Shown: in pieces, positions 16,859-25,988 of the stretch | How the letters are laid out: every line of letters begins with the position of its first letter | How positions within the stretch are numbered: the first letter of the stretch is position 1 | Assembly (NCBI GenBank): GCA_964515535.1 | Contig: CAZERH010000002.1 | Location: 1-28,093 of the forward strand | Source of the DNA: an uncultured Anaerolineaceae bacterium | GTDB taxonomy: Bacteria > Chloroflexota > Anaerolineae > Anaerolineales > Villigracilaceae | Direction of reading: 5' to 3' | DNA: 28,093 bases | Notes under the pieces: generated by a model | What the model was told of the DNA's origin: nothing | The model's database searches: none | Seen by the model: only the letters and a program-made list of their open reading frames with translations | Position numbers and translations under genes: made by a program

Positions 16859-18223
16859 ATGCCCCAGCAACAAATAGCCTGCCCCCAATGCAGACAACCG
16901 ATTACTGCAAATATCGAACTGCTTTTCGATTTATCTTCTGATTCCAGCGCAAAACAGCGACTACTGAGCGGAGGTGCGAATGTCGCCCGTTGCGAAACTT
17001 GCGGATTTCAGGGGCAAATCCCCACGCCTGTTATTTATCATGATAATGATAAAGATTTATTGCTCACCTTTTTCCCTCCGGAGCTGGCGATTCCTGTTAA
17101 TGAGCAAGAGAAAATTATGGGACCCACCATCAAAAGAATTACAGATAATTTACCTCCCGAAAAACGGAAGGGGTATTTGCTTAATCCGCAAACTTTTTTC
17201 ACCTTTGAAAGTTTGATAGAACGTATTTTAGGCGCAGATGGCATCACGCCGGAAATGATTAAGGCGCAAAAAGACCGCGTTGGATTAATCGAGAAACTGC
17301 TCACGGCTAAGGATGATGAAGCACGAAAAGCATTGATTAAAGAAGATGAAAGTCTCTTTGACGAGCAGTTTTTTGGACTTTTCGGTCAGTTAGCACAAGC
17401 CGCTGTGGCTCAAGGACAAGCTGAAACGGCAGAGCAGATGAAAGCGGTGGAAAATCTCTTGCTTGAGGAAACAGACTATGGGCAAGAAATTCAGTCTTCG
17501 ATGCAGGAGATGGAAAAAGCGGCTCAATCTTTGCAGGAACTGGGTGAGGGTTTAACACGCGAAAAGCTTCTCGACCTAATCGTTGACGCACCAAACGAAG
17601 GCAGAGAAAAAGCCTTGGTCAGTATGGCTCGACAAGGACTCGATTATGAGTTCTTCCAATTATTAACGAACAAAGCTGATGCCGAATCAGATGCTGAAAA
17701 GCGGAAGCAGTTGGAGGGCACGCGCGATCGCATCCTCACCTATGTCAACGAAATAGATAAGCAAATAGAAGCCCGTTTGCAACAGGCGCAGGCTTTCCTC
17801 AATTCTCTTTTGGAGCAAGAGGATATTGCAATGGCAACGCAGGCAAATTTGCGAAATTTTGACCAAGGCGTTGTGCAGGTTTTAGAGACGATGCTTCATA
17901 AAGCAACGGAAGAAAAAGATGAAGAATTGCTGGCAAAATTGCAAAAAGTGGTTGCGGTGCTTCAACAGGCAAGTGGTCCTTTGCCTGAATATGAGTTCAT
18001 TGAAAAACTGATTTCTGCGGAAGGCGATGAGGCTTTGGAGAAGGTGATTATAGAAAATAAAGAAAAAATCACCGATGAATTGCTCAACACCTTAGGTGGG
18101 ATTGTGGCTCAACAGCAAGAGCAAGCAGATAAACTCTCGGCGCAAGATAAAGAGATGTTTGCTAAGATGAATCAGATTTATGGTGCGGTGTTAAAATTTT
18201 CGATGAAGCAAAATATGGGATAA
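16859..18223 (+). CDS. CpXC domain-containing protein, function unknown
   Basis: N-terminal CPQC...CETC with YHDNDKDLLLTFFP, recognised as CpXC-like. The remainder is Q/E/K/A/L-rich and predicted helical. Confidence 0.75.
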   Translation: MPQQQIACPQCRQPITANIELLFDLSSDSSAKQRLLSGGANVARCETCGFQGQIPTPVIYHDNDKDLLLTFFPPELAIPVNEQEKIMGPTIKRITDNLPPEKRKGYLLNPQTFFTFESLIERILGADGITPEMIKAQKDRVGLIEKLLTAKDDEARKALIKEDESLFDEQFFGLFGQLAQAAVAQGQAETAEQMKAVENLLLEETDYGQEIQSSMQEMEKAAQSLQELGEGLTREKLLDLIVDAPNEGREKALVSMARQGLDYEFFQLLTNKADAESDAEKRKQLEGTRDRILTYVNEIDKQIEARLQQAQAFLNSLLEQEDIAMATQANLRNFDQGVVQVLETMLHKATEEKDEELLAKLQKVVAVLQQASGPLPEYEFIEKLISAEGDEALEKVIIENKEKITDELLNTLGGIVAQQQEQADKLSAQDKEMFAKMNQIYGAVLKFSMKQNMG

Positions 18224-18249
18224 TTTGATTTTGGGTCGTCAGTAGATAG

Positions 18250-18294
18250 AAAAAGCCCCTGCAAAAGTTTCTAGCTTTTGCAGGGGCTTTTTTT
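18250..18294. terminator. Bidirectional intrinsic terminator
   Basis: aaaaagcccctgcaaaag-tttctag-cttttgcaggggctttttt: 18-bp perfect stem with A and T tracts on both sides, between convergent genes. Confidence 0.9.
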
Positions 18295-18316
18295 GTCGTT
18301 TTTTTGTAAATTGATT

Positions 18317-18967
18317 TCATTCAATGGGATTATCCAACCTGATTCCGTGTCCGCGCACGGTGACGATATATCGATGACTGGGGTCGTATCCTGCTAATCT
18401 GTCACGTAAGCGGCGGATGAGGGCATCGAGGGCTTGGTCGGAGACGCCGCGGGCTTCATCCTCGCCCCAGACCGAGGCGATTAAATCAGGGCGAGGCACA
18501 ACATCGCCTTGTTGCTCATAGAGCCGCCATAATAAGCGAAATTGTTGCGCCGAAAGCGGAGGCGTGACTTGTTGCTGGTTCACGAGAACGCGGCGTGAGC
18601 GCAAGTCAATTATCAGGCGACCTAAAAGAGTATTATTTTCTGTTAGGGGCATGGTTGCGTCTGAGACGAGGAACATAAAACTTTGTGTCACCGCAATTTG
18701 GATTAGATCGCCATCTTGTAAAAGTAGGGGGGCAGTTACAGATTCTCCGTTGCAGAAGGTGCCGTTTTTGCTCCCCATATCTTCCAGAAGGACACCATCA
18801 GAAGCGGAGGTGAGCCGCGCATGATAACGAGAAATTTTTCGATCGGGGATGGTTAAATCGCAAGTAGCATCACGTCCCAGAACAAGGGTGTGATCCAGCG
18901 TCCAACGCTCTCCTTTGAGAGGACCTTCTTGTGCGATGAGTATAGGATAATCTTCAAAATTAGTCAT
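18317..18967 (-). CDS. FHA domain plus OmpR/PhoB-type winged-helix DNA-binding protein
   Basis: FHA signatures LGRD, ISRYHA and SKNGT. C-terminal LSAQQFRLL...VWG...LIRRLRDRL...IVTVRGHGIRL matches Trans_reg_C. Confidence 0.88.
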   Translation of the reverse strand: MTNFEDYPILIAQEGPLKGERWTLDHTLVLGRDATCDLTIPDRKISRYHARLTSASDGVLLEDMGSKNGTFCNGESVTAPLLLQDGDLIQIAVTQSFMFLVSDATMPLTENNTLLGRLIIDLRSRRVLVNQQQVTPPLSAQQFRLLWRLYEQQGDVVPRPDLIASVWGEDEARGVSDQALDALIRRLRDRLAGYDPSHRYIVTVRGHGIRLDNPIE

Positions 18968-19094
18968 GATTAAATTTAGTTTACATATTAGCGAAAAGAC
19001 GCTTATAATATAGCAGAAAAAGAGAATTTGTGTAAGATTTCAACGCCGAAAATTATAGCTTACACACTCATTTATACACCAGACAGGAACAAGC

Positions 19095-20096
19095 ATGGCT
19101 CTCCCACTTAGAAAGAGGGAAGTTTTGCGTGGTCGTTATCAGATTCGACAGCAAATAGGTCAAGGCGGCATAGGTAGTGTTTATCTCGCCGAGGATTTGC
19201 GCCTCGAAGGACGTCTTTGCGCGATTAAAGAAGTTGAGCACGACCGCTCACTCCCCGACAAAATTTTTGAAGAAGCTCGCGAACAATTTATGCGCGAGGC
19301 AACTGTTTTGGCGCGTCTGGATCATCCCAATTTACCCAAAGTTTCAGACTTTTTCTCAAGAGAGAATAGAGATTATCTTGTTATGGATTATGTCCCCGGC
19401 GAAGATTTGCGTACGCTTATGCTTGATGCTCGCCGCCATAAAACCTTCCTGCGCACTGACGTGGTTCTTGGCTGGGCAAATCAAATTGCAAATGCTCTCA
19501 CTTATTTGCATAGACAAGCCCCGCCCATTATTCACCGTGATATTAAGCCGAGCAATCTTAAACTAACGCCCTCCGGTCTCGTTAAGCTGGTTGATTTTGG
19601 GTTGGTTAAGGTGCTTGTGCCGGATGAAATGACAGTTACCGTTATTCAGGGACAGGGGACAATTTTATATACCCCCTTAGAGCAATATGGAAGCGATGGT
19701 GCGCATACCGACCCACGAAGCGATGTTTATTCTCTTGGGGCAACTCTTTATCATCTTCTGACGAATACCCCTCCTGCGGATGCTCGGCAACGTTTCTTGA
19801 ATCCCGATAGTTTGCTCCCACCTAGAGAAATCAACTCAGCGATAAATAGACGTACTCAACGCGGTATAAACTGGGCAATGGCATTGCATCCTAGCGAACG
19901 CCCCGCTACGGCAGAAGATTTTCGTCTTTTTTTGTTGGGACAAAAAGAAATTATTACCAGCCCGCTTCCACAATTGCATCAACCACAGCCGACAACCGAA
20001 TTGCCGGAACTACTTACCCAACCTGCCGAAAAAGCATTGGTTTGGGTTATTGCAGGGATGTTGTTTCTTAGCCTACTGACTACGTTGGCAAATTAA
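19095..20096 (+). CDS. Hanks-type Ser/Thr protein kinase with C-terminal membrane anchor
   Basis: GQGGIGSVY, CAIKE, HRDIKPSN, DFG, GTILYTPLEQ, DVYSLG. Ends in one hydrophobic helix with no extracellular domain. Confidence 0.93.
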   Translation: MALPLRKREVLRGRYQIRQQIGQGGIGSVYLAEDLRLEGRLCAIKEVEHDRSLPDKIFEEAREQFMREATVLARLDHPNLPKVSDFFSRENRDYLVMDYVPGEDLRTLMLDARRHKTFLRTDVVLGWANQIANALTYLHRQAPPIIHRDIKPSNLKLTPSGLVKLVDFGLVKVLVPDEMTVTVIQGQGTILYTPLEQYGSDGAHTDPRSDVYSLGATLYHLLTNTPPADARQRFLNPDSLLPPREINSAINRRTQRGINWAMALHPSERPATAEDFRLFLLGQKEIITSPLPQLHQPQPTTELPELLTQPAEKALVWVIAGMLFLSLLTTLAN

Positions 20097-20106
20097 ACTT
20101 TAGATG

Positions 20107-22845
20107 TTATATCGTTTCTCTACGCATCCAAATCCAGCCTGCCAGCCAGCCAAAAAATTCACCGAATAAAACGAAAACTATCATCCCCGAGATGCCATTT
20201 TCCAGAACGCTTTCCACGCCAAATATCCCCAACGTTAGGTAGTTATAGGCAAGTATGCCGCCCAAAAGGGTAACAAGTGCCCAGCGCAAGCCCCAGCGCG
20301 TGGATTCTATCTGTTTGCCTGCGAAGAAAGTTATTAGTGCACCAAATATCCAGAGTAAAAATGCAATAAACCAAGCCTTTATCCCAAGTTTTCCCTCCGC
20401 TAAATAGGGGGAAGATTCCGGCGTGGGGGTTGGCGTAAGCGTAGGTGTGGATGTGGCTATTTCGGTGGCAGCGGGCGGGATGATGGTAACGGCGACAGCT
20501 AGACCTTCATCTGAAATATCGAGGCGTAAAATTTCGGAGAGGGTCGCTTCTCCGCTGGCAACGCGGATATCAAGCAGACCGGTTTGGTTGAGTTGGAAAT
20601 CGGCGCGGGCGATACCACCAAATGTTTGGGTTTGGATATGTTGCGGGATGCCGCTCTCGTTGCCTGTCGTGAGCGAAAATGTGACCAGTGTTCCGTCTGG
20701 CACGAGATTGCCGTTGTGGTCTAAAATTGCGCCGGTGCGGACTGCGAGCGTGTCGCCGACTTCAAACATGGGGATTGCGGTTGGGGCGGGCGTGGCAGAA
20801 TCCGCTTGGGGCGTGGGAACTGCTTCTTGGGGCAGAGCCAAGTTTAGGGTTAGGAGTTGTTCCGGTGCAGGTTGGGTAACGGTACTTAGATCGTAGCCAA
20901 TCCCGAAGATGGATACCGGCGCGTTGCCCACAGGTGTCAATTCCTTAAAAAGAAGACGTGCCGCTACTTCTAAGAAGGGTGACGTGTAAGAATAGAGACC
21001 ATAATAGGCGGTTAGTTTAGAGATGTCGGTGGCAGAGAGGGCGTAGGGGGCGGTGAATGAGAAAAGTATTATCTTTTTTTCTCGCAAAAGGGTTTGGTTT
21101 TCCGTGAGAAGTTGCTGTAGGGTGGTGAGATTTTCGAGGCTGGCGAGAGAAACGACTACCCAATCGGCTTGACGGAGGCTACTTTCAAAGAGGGTATCTT
21201 CTTCACTGCTTAGAGTGGCGAGAAAGTCGTTAAAAGAATAAGCAGAGAGGTTTGCGTTGTCAACTTGTTCGCTATTTTTGCCACCGTAGAGACGGAAAAC
21301 AGCTTCGGGGAGGGCTGTTGAGGAGAGACTTGTTTGCTCTTCGCAATTTTCACAGGGGGTGAGTTTTTGAGTGTCGGTGATGAAAATAATCCGTTCTTCT
21401 AACGCGGGCGGAAAGGGGAGGACTGTGTCGAGGTCGTTTATATCGGGGCTGATGAGCGTGGCGGAATTTTGAGCAACTGTAAAAGAGGCTTCTTGGTTTT
21501 GCCCGACTTCTTCTATCCCTGTAGCGGAAGAGTTAACGGTGTTGAGAGAAAATGAAGAATAAAGATGTGTTTTTTGTATAAGGATGCGAATAAGTGCTTC
21601 ATTTACTCGTTCTGCAAAAGCAGTATCTTCGTTATATTTTTGGGTAAAGAAATCAAGACTTTTGGCTACAGAAGCATAAGTGTCGAGGGAGTCGGTAGAG
21701 AGGATATTGCCCATATAAAGCAAATCATTCCCTGCGAGAAAAGCATCTCGCGCGACGAGATGGGCGAAGAAATCTTCGCCCCCAGGGGCGTAAAATTCAC
21801 GTATCGCGCGGCTACTGAGATCATCGCTAATGGTTACGCCGCCGGTGTTGCGCCATTCGCTAAAAGGGGAAAGGGCAAGAATTTCTGTGAGAGATTTTTC
21901 GTCTAAGCTAACGGGGCGGGTGGTAGGGCGGATATTCCCCTGAAAACCCTGATAGCGGATATGCGAAATAAGCAAGCCATCTGCATTTGAAGACGCGGAG
22001 AGGGTCTCCGTTGTTGCGGAGAAGGGGAGCAGGTCTATCTCTTTTAATTCTTCCAGTGTTTTTCGAACGGTAGCTATTTCTTCTTCGGGTGATCTATCGG
22101 CACTGCCGCGTCCCGGAAAGTGTTTTGCAACTACGAGCATTTTCCCTTCACTGCCGGTGTGCAAACCGGAGATGAAGGCTTTTCCCATTTCTCCCACCCA
22201 AAAGGGGTTGCCGCCAAAAGCGCGTGTCCCTAAATCGCCGCTCCTGTTTGGGTCGGGATTCTGAAGAACATCGAGAGAGGGACCCAAATAAAGATTAATG
22301 CCCAACGCGGCAAGTTCGCGCCCCAAAACTTCCCCGTTTTGCAAAGCAAATTCAACCTGCCAAGTTGCACCTATTGCCATTTGGCTGGGTTGTGGCGATA
22401 ATCCACTCAAGTTTTCACTCTCTTCTTGCGAGATTCCAATGAAAAGCGGAATATAATCGGGGTGATGCTCACCTGTGGCATTAATTTGCGCTAGATTCCA
22501 AACTTCTTTTTGCAGGCTTGTTGATAGCCGATAAAGATTATTTACTGTCTCTGGCGGTGAGCTAAAATTCCCGTTTTTTGCTCGCAAAAGAACACCACCA
22601 ACGGGGTATTTGGCAAGAAAAGCAATCAGGGTTGATTTTTTATCTTCATTCTCACCTTCTATATCTGCGCCTTCAAAGCTAATCAAAAATAACTGCCCAA
22701 CGCGTTCTTCGGGAGTCATATTTTCGATGAGAGCTAAAACTTCGGAGGGAGGCGCGTCTTCTTGTGCGCGTATGCGAAGAGGGGCTAGTAAAGAGAAAGA
22801 TAAGGAGAGCAAAAGCGTCAAAGAAAGAAAAAGATTATTTTTCAT
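20107..22845 (-). CDS. Secreted, membrane-anchored glycoside hydrolase family 3 (NagZ-like) protein
   Basis: Signal peptide (MKNNLFLSLTLLL...RAQE), EERVGQLF, ALGINLYLGPSLDV, RAFG, KHFPGRG, ISDD, P/T-rich linkers and about three C-terminal TM helices. Start placed at 22845; 22866 is an alternative. Confidence 0.8.
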   Translation of the reverse strand: MKNNLFLSLTLLLSLSFSLLAPLRIRAQEDAPPSEVLALIENMTPEERVGQLFLISFEGADIEGENEDKKSTLIAFLAKYPVGGVLLRAKNGNFSSPPETVNNLYRLSTSLQKEVWNLAQINATGEHHPDYIPLFIGISQEESENLSGLSPQPSQMAIGATWQVEFALQNGEVLGRELAALGINLYLGPSLDVLQNPDPNRSGDLGTRAFGGNPFWVGEMGKAFISGLHTGSEGKMLVVAKHFPGRGSADRSPEEEIATVRKTLEELKEIDLLPFSATTETLSASSNADGLLISHIRYQGFQGNIRPTTRPVSLDEKSLTEILALSPFSEWRNTGGVTISDDLSSRAIREFYAPGGEDFFAHLVARDAFLAGNDLLYMGNILSTDSLDTYASVAKSLDFFTQKYNEDTAFAERVNEALIRILIQKTHLYSSFSLNTVNSSATGIEEVGQNQEASFTVAQNSATLISPDINDLDTVLPFPPALEERIIFITDTQKLTPCENCEEQTSLSSTALPEAVFRLYGGKNSEQVDNANLSAYSFNDFLATLSSEEDTLFESSLRQADWVVVSLASLENLTTLQQLLTENQTLLREKKIILFSFTAPYALSATDISKLTAYYGLYSYTSPFLEVAARLLFKELTPVGNAPVSIFGIGYDLSTVTQPAPEQLLTLNLALPQEAVPTPQADSATPAPTAIPMFEVGDTLAVRTGAILDHNGNLVPDGTLVTFSLTTGNESGIPQHIQTQTFGGIARADFQLNQTGLLDIRVASGEATLSEILRLDISDEGLAVAVTIIPPAATEIATSTPTLTPTPTPESSPYLAEGKLGIKAWFIAFLLWIFGALITFFAGKQIESTRWGLRWALVTLLGGILAYNYLTLGIFGVESVLENGISGMIVFVLFGEFFGWLAGWIWMRRETI

Positions 22846-23782
22846 AACGCGCCAAAATCTCAGCATGAATTTCGGGTTGTATATTGCCCCCAGAAACGAT
22901 AATTATATTTGGCTTCGATGTTATTTTTTCGCTCAGAACCGCCGCCAGCCCAACCGCCCCCGCCCCTTCAATTTTTTCACCGTATTTGTCCCATGCGAAG
23001 GCAATCGCTTGGGCAACTTCATCTTCTGAGACCAAAATAATATCATCCACATATTTTTTTATGAGCGGAATAGTGATGGATTTCTCCTCGACTGCGCCAC
23101 CCAAGCCATCTGCCAACGTGGGAAGGTCTTGGATACCAGCTTGGGATCCCTCATAAAAAATGGCGTGCATAAAAGCGGCAGATTCGACCTGAACGCCGAT
23201 AATGCGCGTGTTTTGGGCTTGCGTGCGCAAAACCGCGCTGATTCCCGACAATAAGCCCCCTCCGCTAAGCGGTACAGCCCACGTCATTTCTGCGCTCTCG
23301 GGCATCTCTGCTAAAATTTCGCTCGCTATTGTTCCCTGACCGGCAATGACATGAGCATCATTATAGGGAGAAATCCAAACTGCATTGTTTTTTTTAGCAA
23401 AAGCTAACCCCGCTTCTTCGGCTTCGTGGTAGCCACCCGTAACGAGTTCTACTTCTGCGCCGAGTGTGCGCATCGCTGAGATTTTGACAGCGGGGGCATC
23501 TTTAGAAACAAATACTCGCGCATTTGCGCCAACCATTTGCCCCGCCAGCGCAACTCCCTGACCGTGATTTCCAGCAGAGGCGGTGACGAGCCCCATCTCA
23601 CGTTCCCAGTCTTCAAGAATGAGTGCTTTGTTTAATGCCCCGCGTATTTTGAAGGAGCCGGTTTTTTGTTTATTCTCCCACTTAATATACAAACCGCGCC
23701 CCGCATCATGGGTGAGCGGTGTGCGGTGGATTTTACCGTTTAGGCGTTGGGAGGCGGCTTTGAGCCATTTGGAAGGAATCAT
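22835..23782 (-). CDS. PLP-dependent threonine/serine dehydratase family protein without ACT domain
   Basis: ENKQKTGSFKIRGA (PLP lysine), SAGNHGQG, SGGGL, SGGN. Start set at MIPSKW (23782). Confidence 0.88.
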   Translation of the reverse strand: MIPSKWLKAASQRLNGKIHRTPLTHDAGRGLYIKWENKQKTGSFKIRGALNKALILEDWEREMGLVTASAGNHGQGVALAGQMVGANARVFVSKDAPAVKISAMRTLGAEVELVTGGYHEAEEAGLAFAKKNNAVWISPYNDAHVIAGQGTIASEILAEMPESAEMTWAVPLSGGGLLSGISAVLRTQAQNTRIIGVQVESAAFMHAIFYEGSQAGIQDLPTLADGLGGAVEEKSITIPLIKKYVDDIILVSEDEVAQAIAFAWDKYGEKIEGAGAVGLAAVLSEKITSKPNIIIVSGGNIQPEIHAEILARYEK

Positions 23783-23849
23783 GGTTGGTTTGTGGTTTTT
23801 GGGAACGCAAGTAGCAAGTGGCACTAATTTACGATTCGTGTTTTATGTT

Positions 23850-24578
23850 TCATTTTCCACGCAAGACTTTTACCGCCAACTCAGGGTCATCGGTAAAGAT
23901 GCCGTCTATGCCCCAATCGGCGAGGCGGCGCATATCTGCGGGGGTGTTAACTGTCCACGCGTGGACGCGGCGTCCCATTGCGTGTATGCTTTCAATTTGC
24001 TTTTTTGATGTGTTTTTAAGCTTTGGGTGCAGGGCTTGATAGTCTCGTGTTTTGAATAGGATATTACGCACAATCCACCCCGTAAAATTGGGGAGGGCTA
24101 AAAGCCCTCGCGGGGTTTGCGGGAGAAGTTCGGCTGTGCGTTTTAGATTTTTGGGGAGAAAAGATGAGAAGATGATGCTTTTGGCAAGATTATGTTTTTT
24201 GACAGTTTCAACAACTTTATCTACCAATTGATCGTTGCGGGTAGTGTAGTTGGTTAATTCTACGTTGATGAGAAGTTGTCCGCCAACGTGCTCAAATACT
24301 TCGTCAAGGGTGGGAATTTGTTGCCCTTCTCCGGCAGATAGCTTTTTGAGGGCTGACAAGTTCAAATTCGCGACTGTTCCGCTTCCATTTGTTGTCCTAT
24401 CCACAGTTGGGTCGTGGATGACGACCGGAATTCCATCTGCGCTGAGTTTCACATCCAATTCAAGGGCATCTGCGCCTTGTTGAAGTGCCAGTTTAAATGC
24501 GGCTAGGGTATTTTCAGGGGCATGGAGCGAGGCACCACGATGGGCAAAAATAATGGGCGTGGGGAGGGTGTTTAGCAT
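23850..24578 (-). CDS. Glycerophosphodiester phosphodiesterase (UgpQ/GlpQ family), cytoplasmic
   Basis: AHRGAS...PENTL, ELDV, HDPTVDRTT, WTVN, GIFTDDP. Confidence 0.92.
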   Translation of the reverse strand: MLNTLPTPIIFAHRGASLHAPENTLAAFKLALQQGADALELDVKLSADGIPVVIHDPTVDRTTNGSGTVANLNLSALKKLSAGEGQQIPTLDEVFEHVGGQLLINVELTNYTTRNDQLVDKVVETVKKHNLAKSIIFSSFLPKNLKRTAELLPQTPRGLLALPNFTGWIVRNILFKTRDYQALHPKLKNTSKKQIESIHAMGRRVHAWTVNTPADMRRLADWGIDGIFTDDPELAVKVLRGK

Positions 24579-24585
24579 AATATGT

Positions 24586-24609
24586 TATCCCCCCTTTTGT
24601 GGGGGGATA
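24586..24609 (-). promoter_or_regulatory. Hairpin that sequesters the GDPD Shine-Dalgarno sequence
   Basis: Minus strand tatcccccc-acaaaa-ggggggata (9 bp). The 3' arm is the SD, 7 nt before the ATG. Confidence 0.6.
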
Positions 24610-24614
24610 GTGAG

Positions 24615-25949
24615 TTAGAGATCGACAAAATAGGCTTGCGCGGCGTTATCTATTAGCTCGCGGGTCATTATGGGTTCTACAGAAAGGTATTGTGAGATGT
24701 CGAGGATTTGGTCGCAAATATCGCGAGGGTGTGAGGCGCGCAGTTTTCGGTTATGCTTGATATACCATTCTTGCAAGAGGTAGGCGAGACCTTGATCGCT
24801 ATATTGAACGCCTTTGGCTTGGGCAACGCGGCGGAAAATTTCTCGGTAGCCCTCATAAGAGGGGTCGCCGATTTCTATTTTATGGCGTAATCGACGTAAA
24901 AAGGCTTCGTCTACGAGGTCTTTTGGTGGGAGGTTGGTGGAGAAGACAACTAGCACATCGAAGGGAACTTCGATTTTGCGTCCAGTGTGCAGGGTGAGGA
25001 AGTCGACACGGTTTTCTAGTGGAACAATCCAGCGGTTGAGTAAATCACGAGGGCGGACTTGTTGCCTGCCGAAGTCGTCAATTAATAGAATGCCGCCATT
25101 TGCTTTGACTTGGAAGGGGGCTTCGTAAAATTTGTTGGTATCGTCAAAAACGAGGTCTAGTCCTTCGAGGGTTAACTCGCCCCCGACCACGATGAAGGGG
25201 CGTTTGATTTTTACCCAGCGCGGGTCACGCCGAATGCCTGTTTTGAGTGAACCCGTGCCACGTTTGGTTGCGCCATCTTCTTTTACGAGTTGATGGTTTA
25301 CGGAGTCATACATTTTTATGACCTGACCATCTACATAGAGAGCGTAGGGGATGAACATATTTTGGCTCATGACCAAATTGCCGAAAGAGCGCGCAATGCT
25401 GGTTTTACCGTTACCGGGAGGACCATAAAGAAAAATGGATGCGCCGGAGTTGAGGGCGGGTCCTAAGCGTTTGAACGTGGTTTCAGAGAGTACCAGTTGT
25501 GACATAAGTTGGCGCATTGAGCGAGATGTAACAACTACGCGCCCCTGTGATTGGTTGCGGACGGCGTTATTATAAATATCTATTGGGACAGGGGCGGCTC
25601 CGGCATATTGACTGCGTGCCATTGCTTCTTGTGCGCGTTCGTTGCCTTTACTTGTCATTGCGTAAAGATAAGAACTGGATCCCAGACCCGCTTGATTAGC
25701 GGATTTGATTTCGACAAGTTTATCTTTTTTTAATTCAGAAAGAATTTTGTCGGTTACTCCTGCAAAAGGTAGTGCGAGCTCCTCAGCAACTTTGAAGCCT
25801 GAGAGGTACCCTTGCGAGTAGAGAATTTTTAAGGCTAAATCTTGCAACCAAAGTGTGGGAAGTCCCGTATCTTCAATACGGGTAATTGTGGGGGGCAGGA
25901 ACCCCGTCCCGCCGCGGGATGATGTGTGTGGCGTATTGCGATTATCCAT
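24615..25949 (-). CDS. AAA+ ATPase of an uncharacterised family with N-terminal wHTH-like region
   Basis: Walker A GPPGNGKT, GGELTLEGLDL, FYEAPFQVKANGG, Walker B LLIDDFGRQ, NRWIVPLE, STNL, DEAFLRR, HPRD. Confidence 0.85.
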   Translation of the reverse strand: MDNRNTPHTSSRGGTGFLPPTITRIEDTGLPTLWLQDLALKILYSQGYLSGFKVAEELALPFAGVTDKILSELKKDKLVEIKSANQAGLGSSSYLYAMTSKGNERAQEAMARSQYAGAAPVPIDIYNNAVRNQSQGRVVVTSRSMRQLMSQLVLSETTFKRLGPALNSGASIFLYGPPGNGKTSIARSFGNLVMSQNMFIPYALYVDGQVIKMYDSVNHQLVKEDGATKRGTGSLKTGIRRDPRWVKIKRPFIVVGGELTLEGLDLVFDDTNKFYEAPFQVKANGGILLIDDFGRQQVRPRDLLNRWIVPLENRVDFLTLHTGRKIEVPFDVLVVFSTNLPPKDLVDEAFLRRLRHKIEIGDPSYEGYREIFRRVAQAKGVQYSDQGLAYLLQEWYIKHNRKLRASHPRDICDQILDISQYLSVEPIMTRELIDNAAQAYFVDL

Positions 25950-25988
25950 AGCAGAAACCTCTTATTTTAGATGGAGTTAGCATACGGA

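Noticed and set aside
20423-20896. 157-aa plus-strand ORF antisense to GH3
   Set aside because: Antisense read-through of the P/T/A-rich linker codons.
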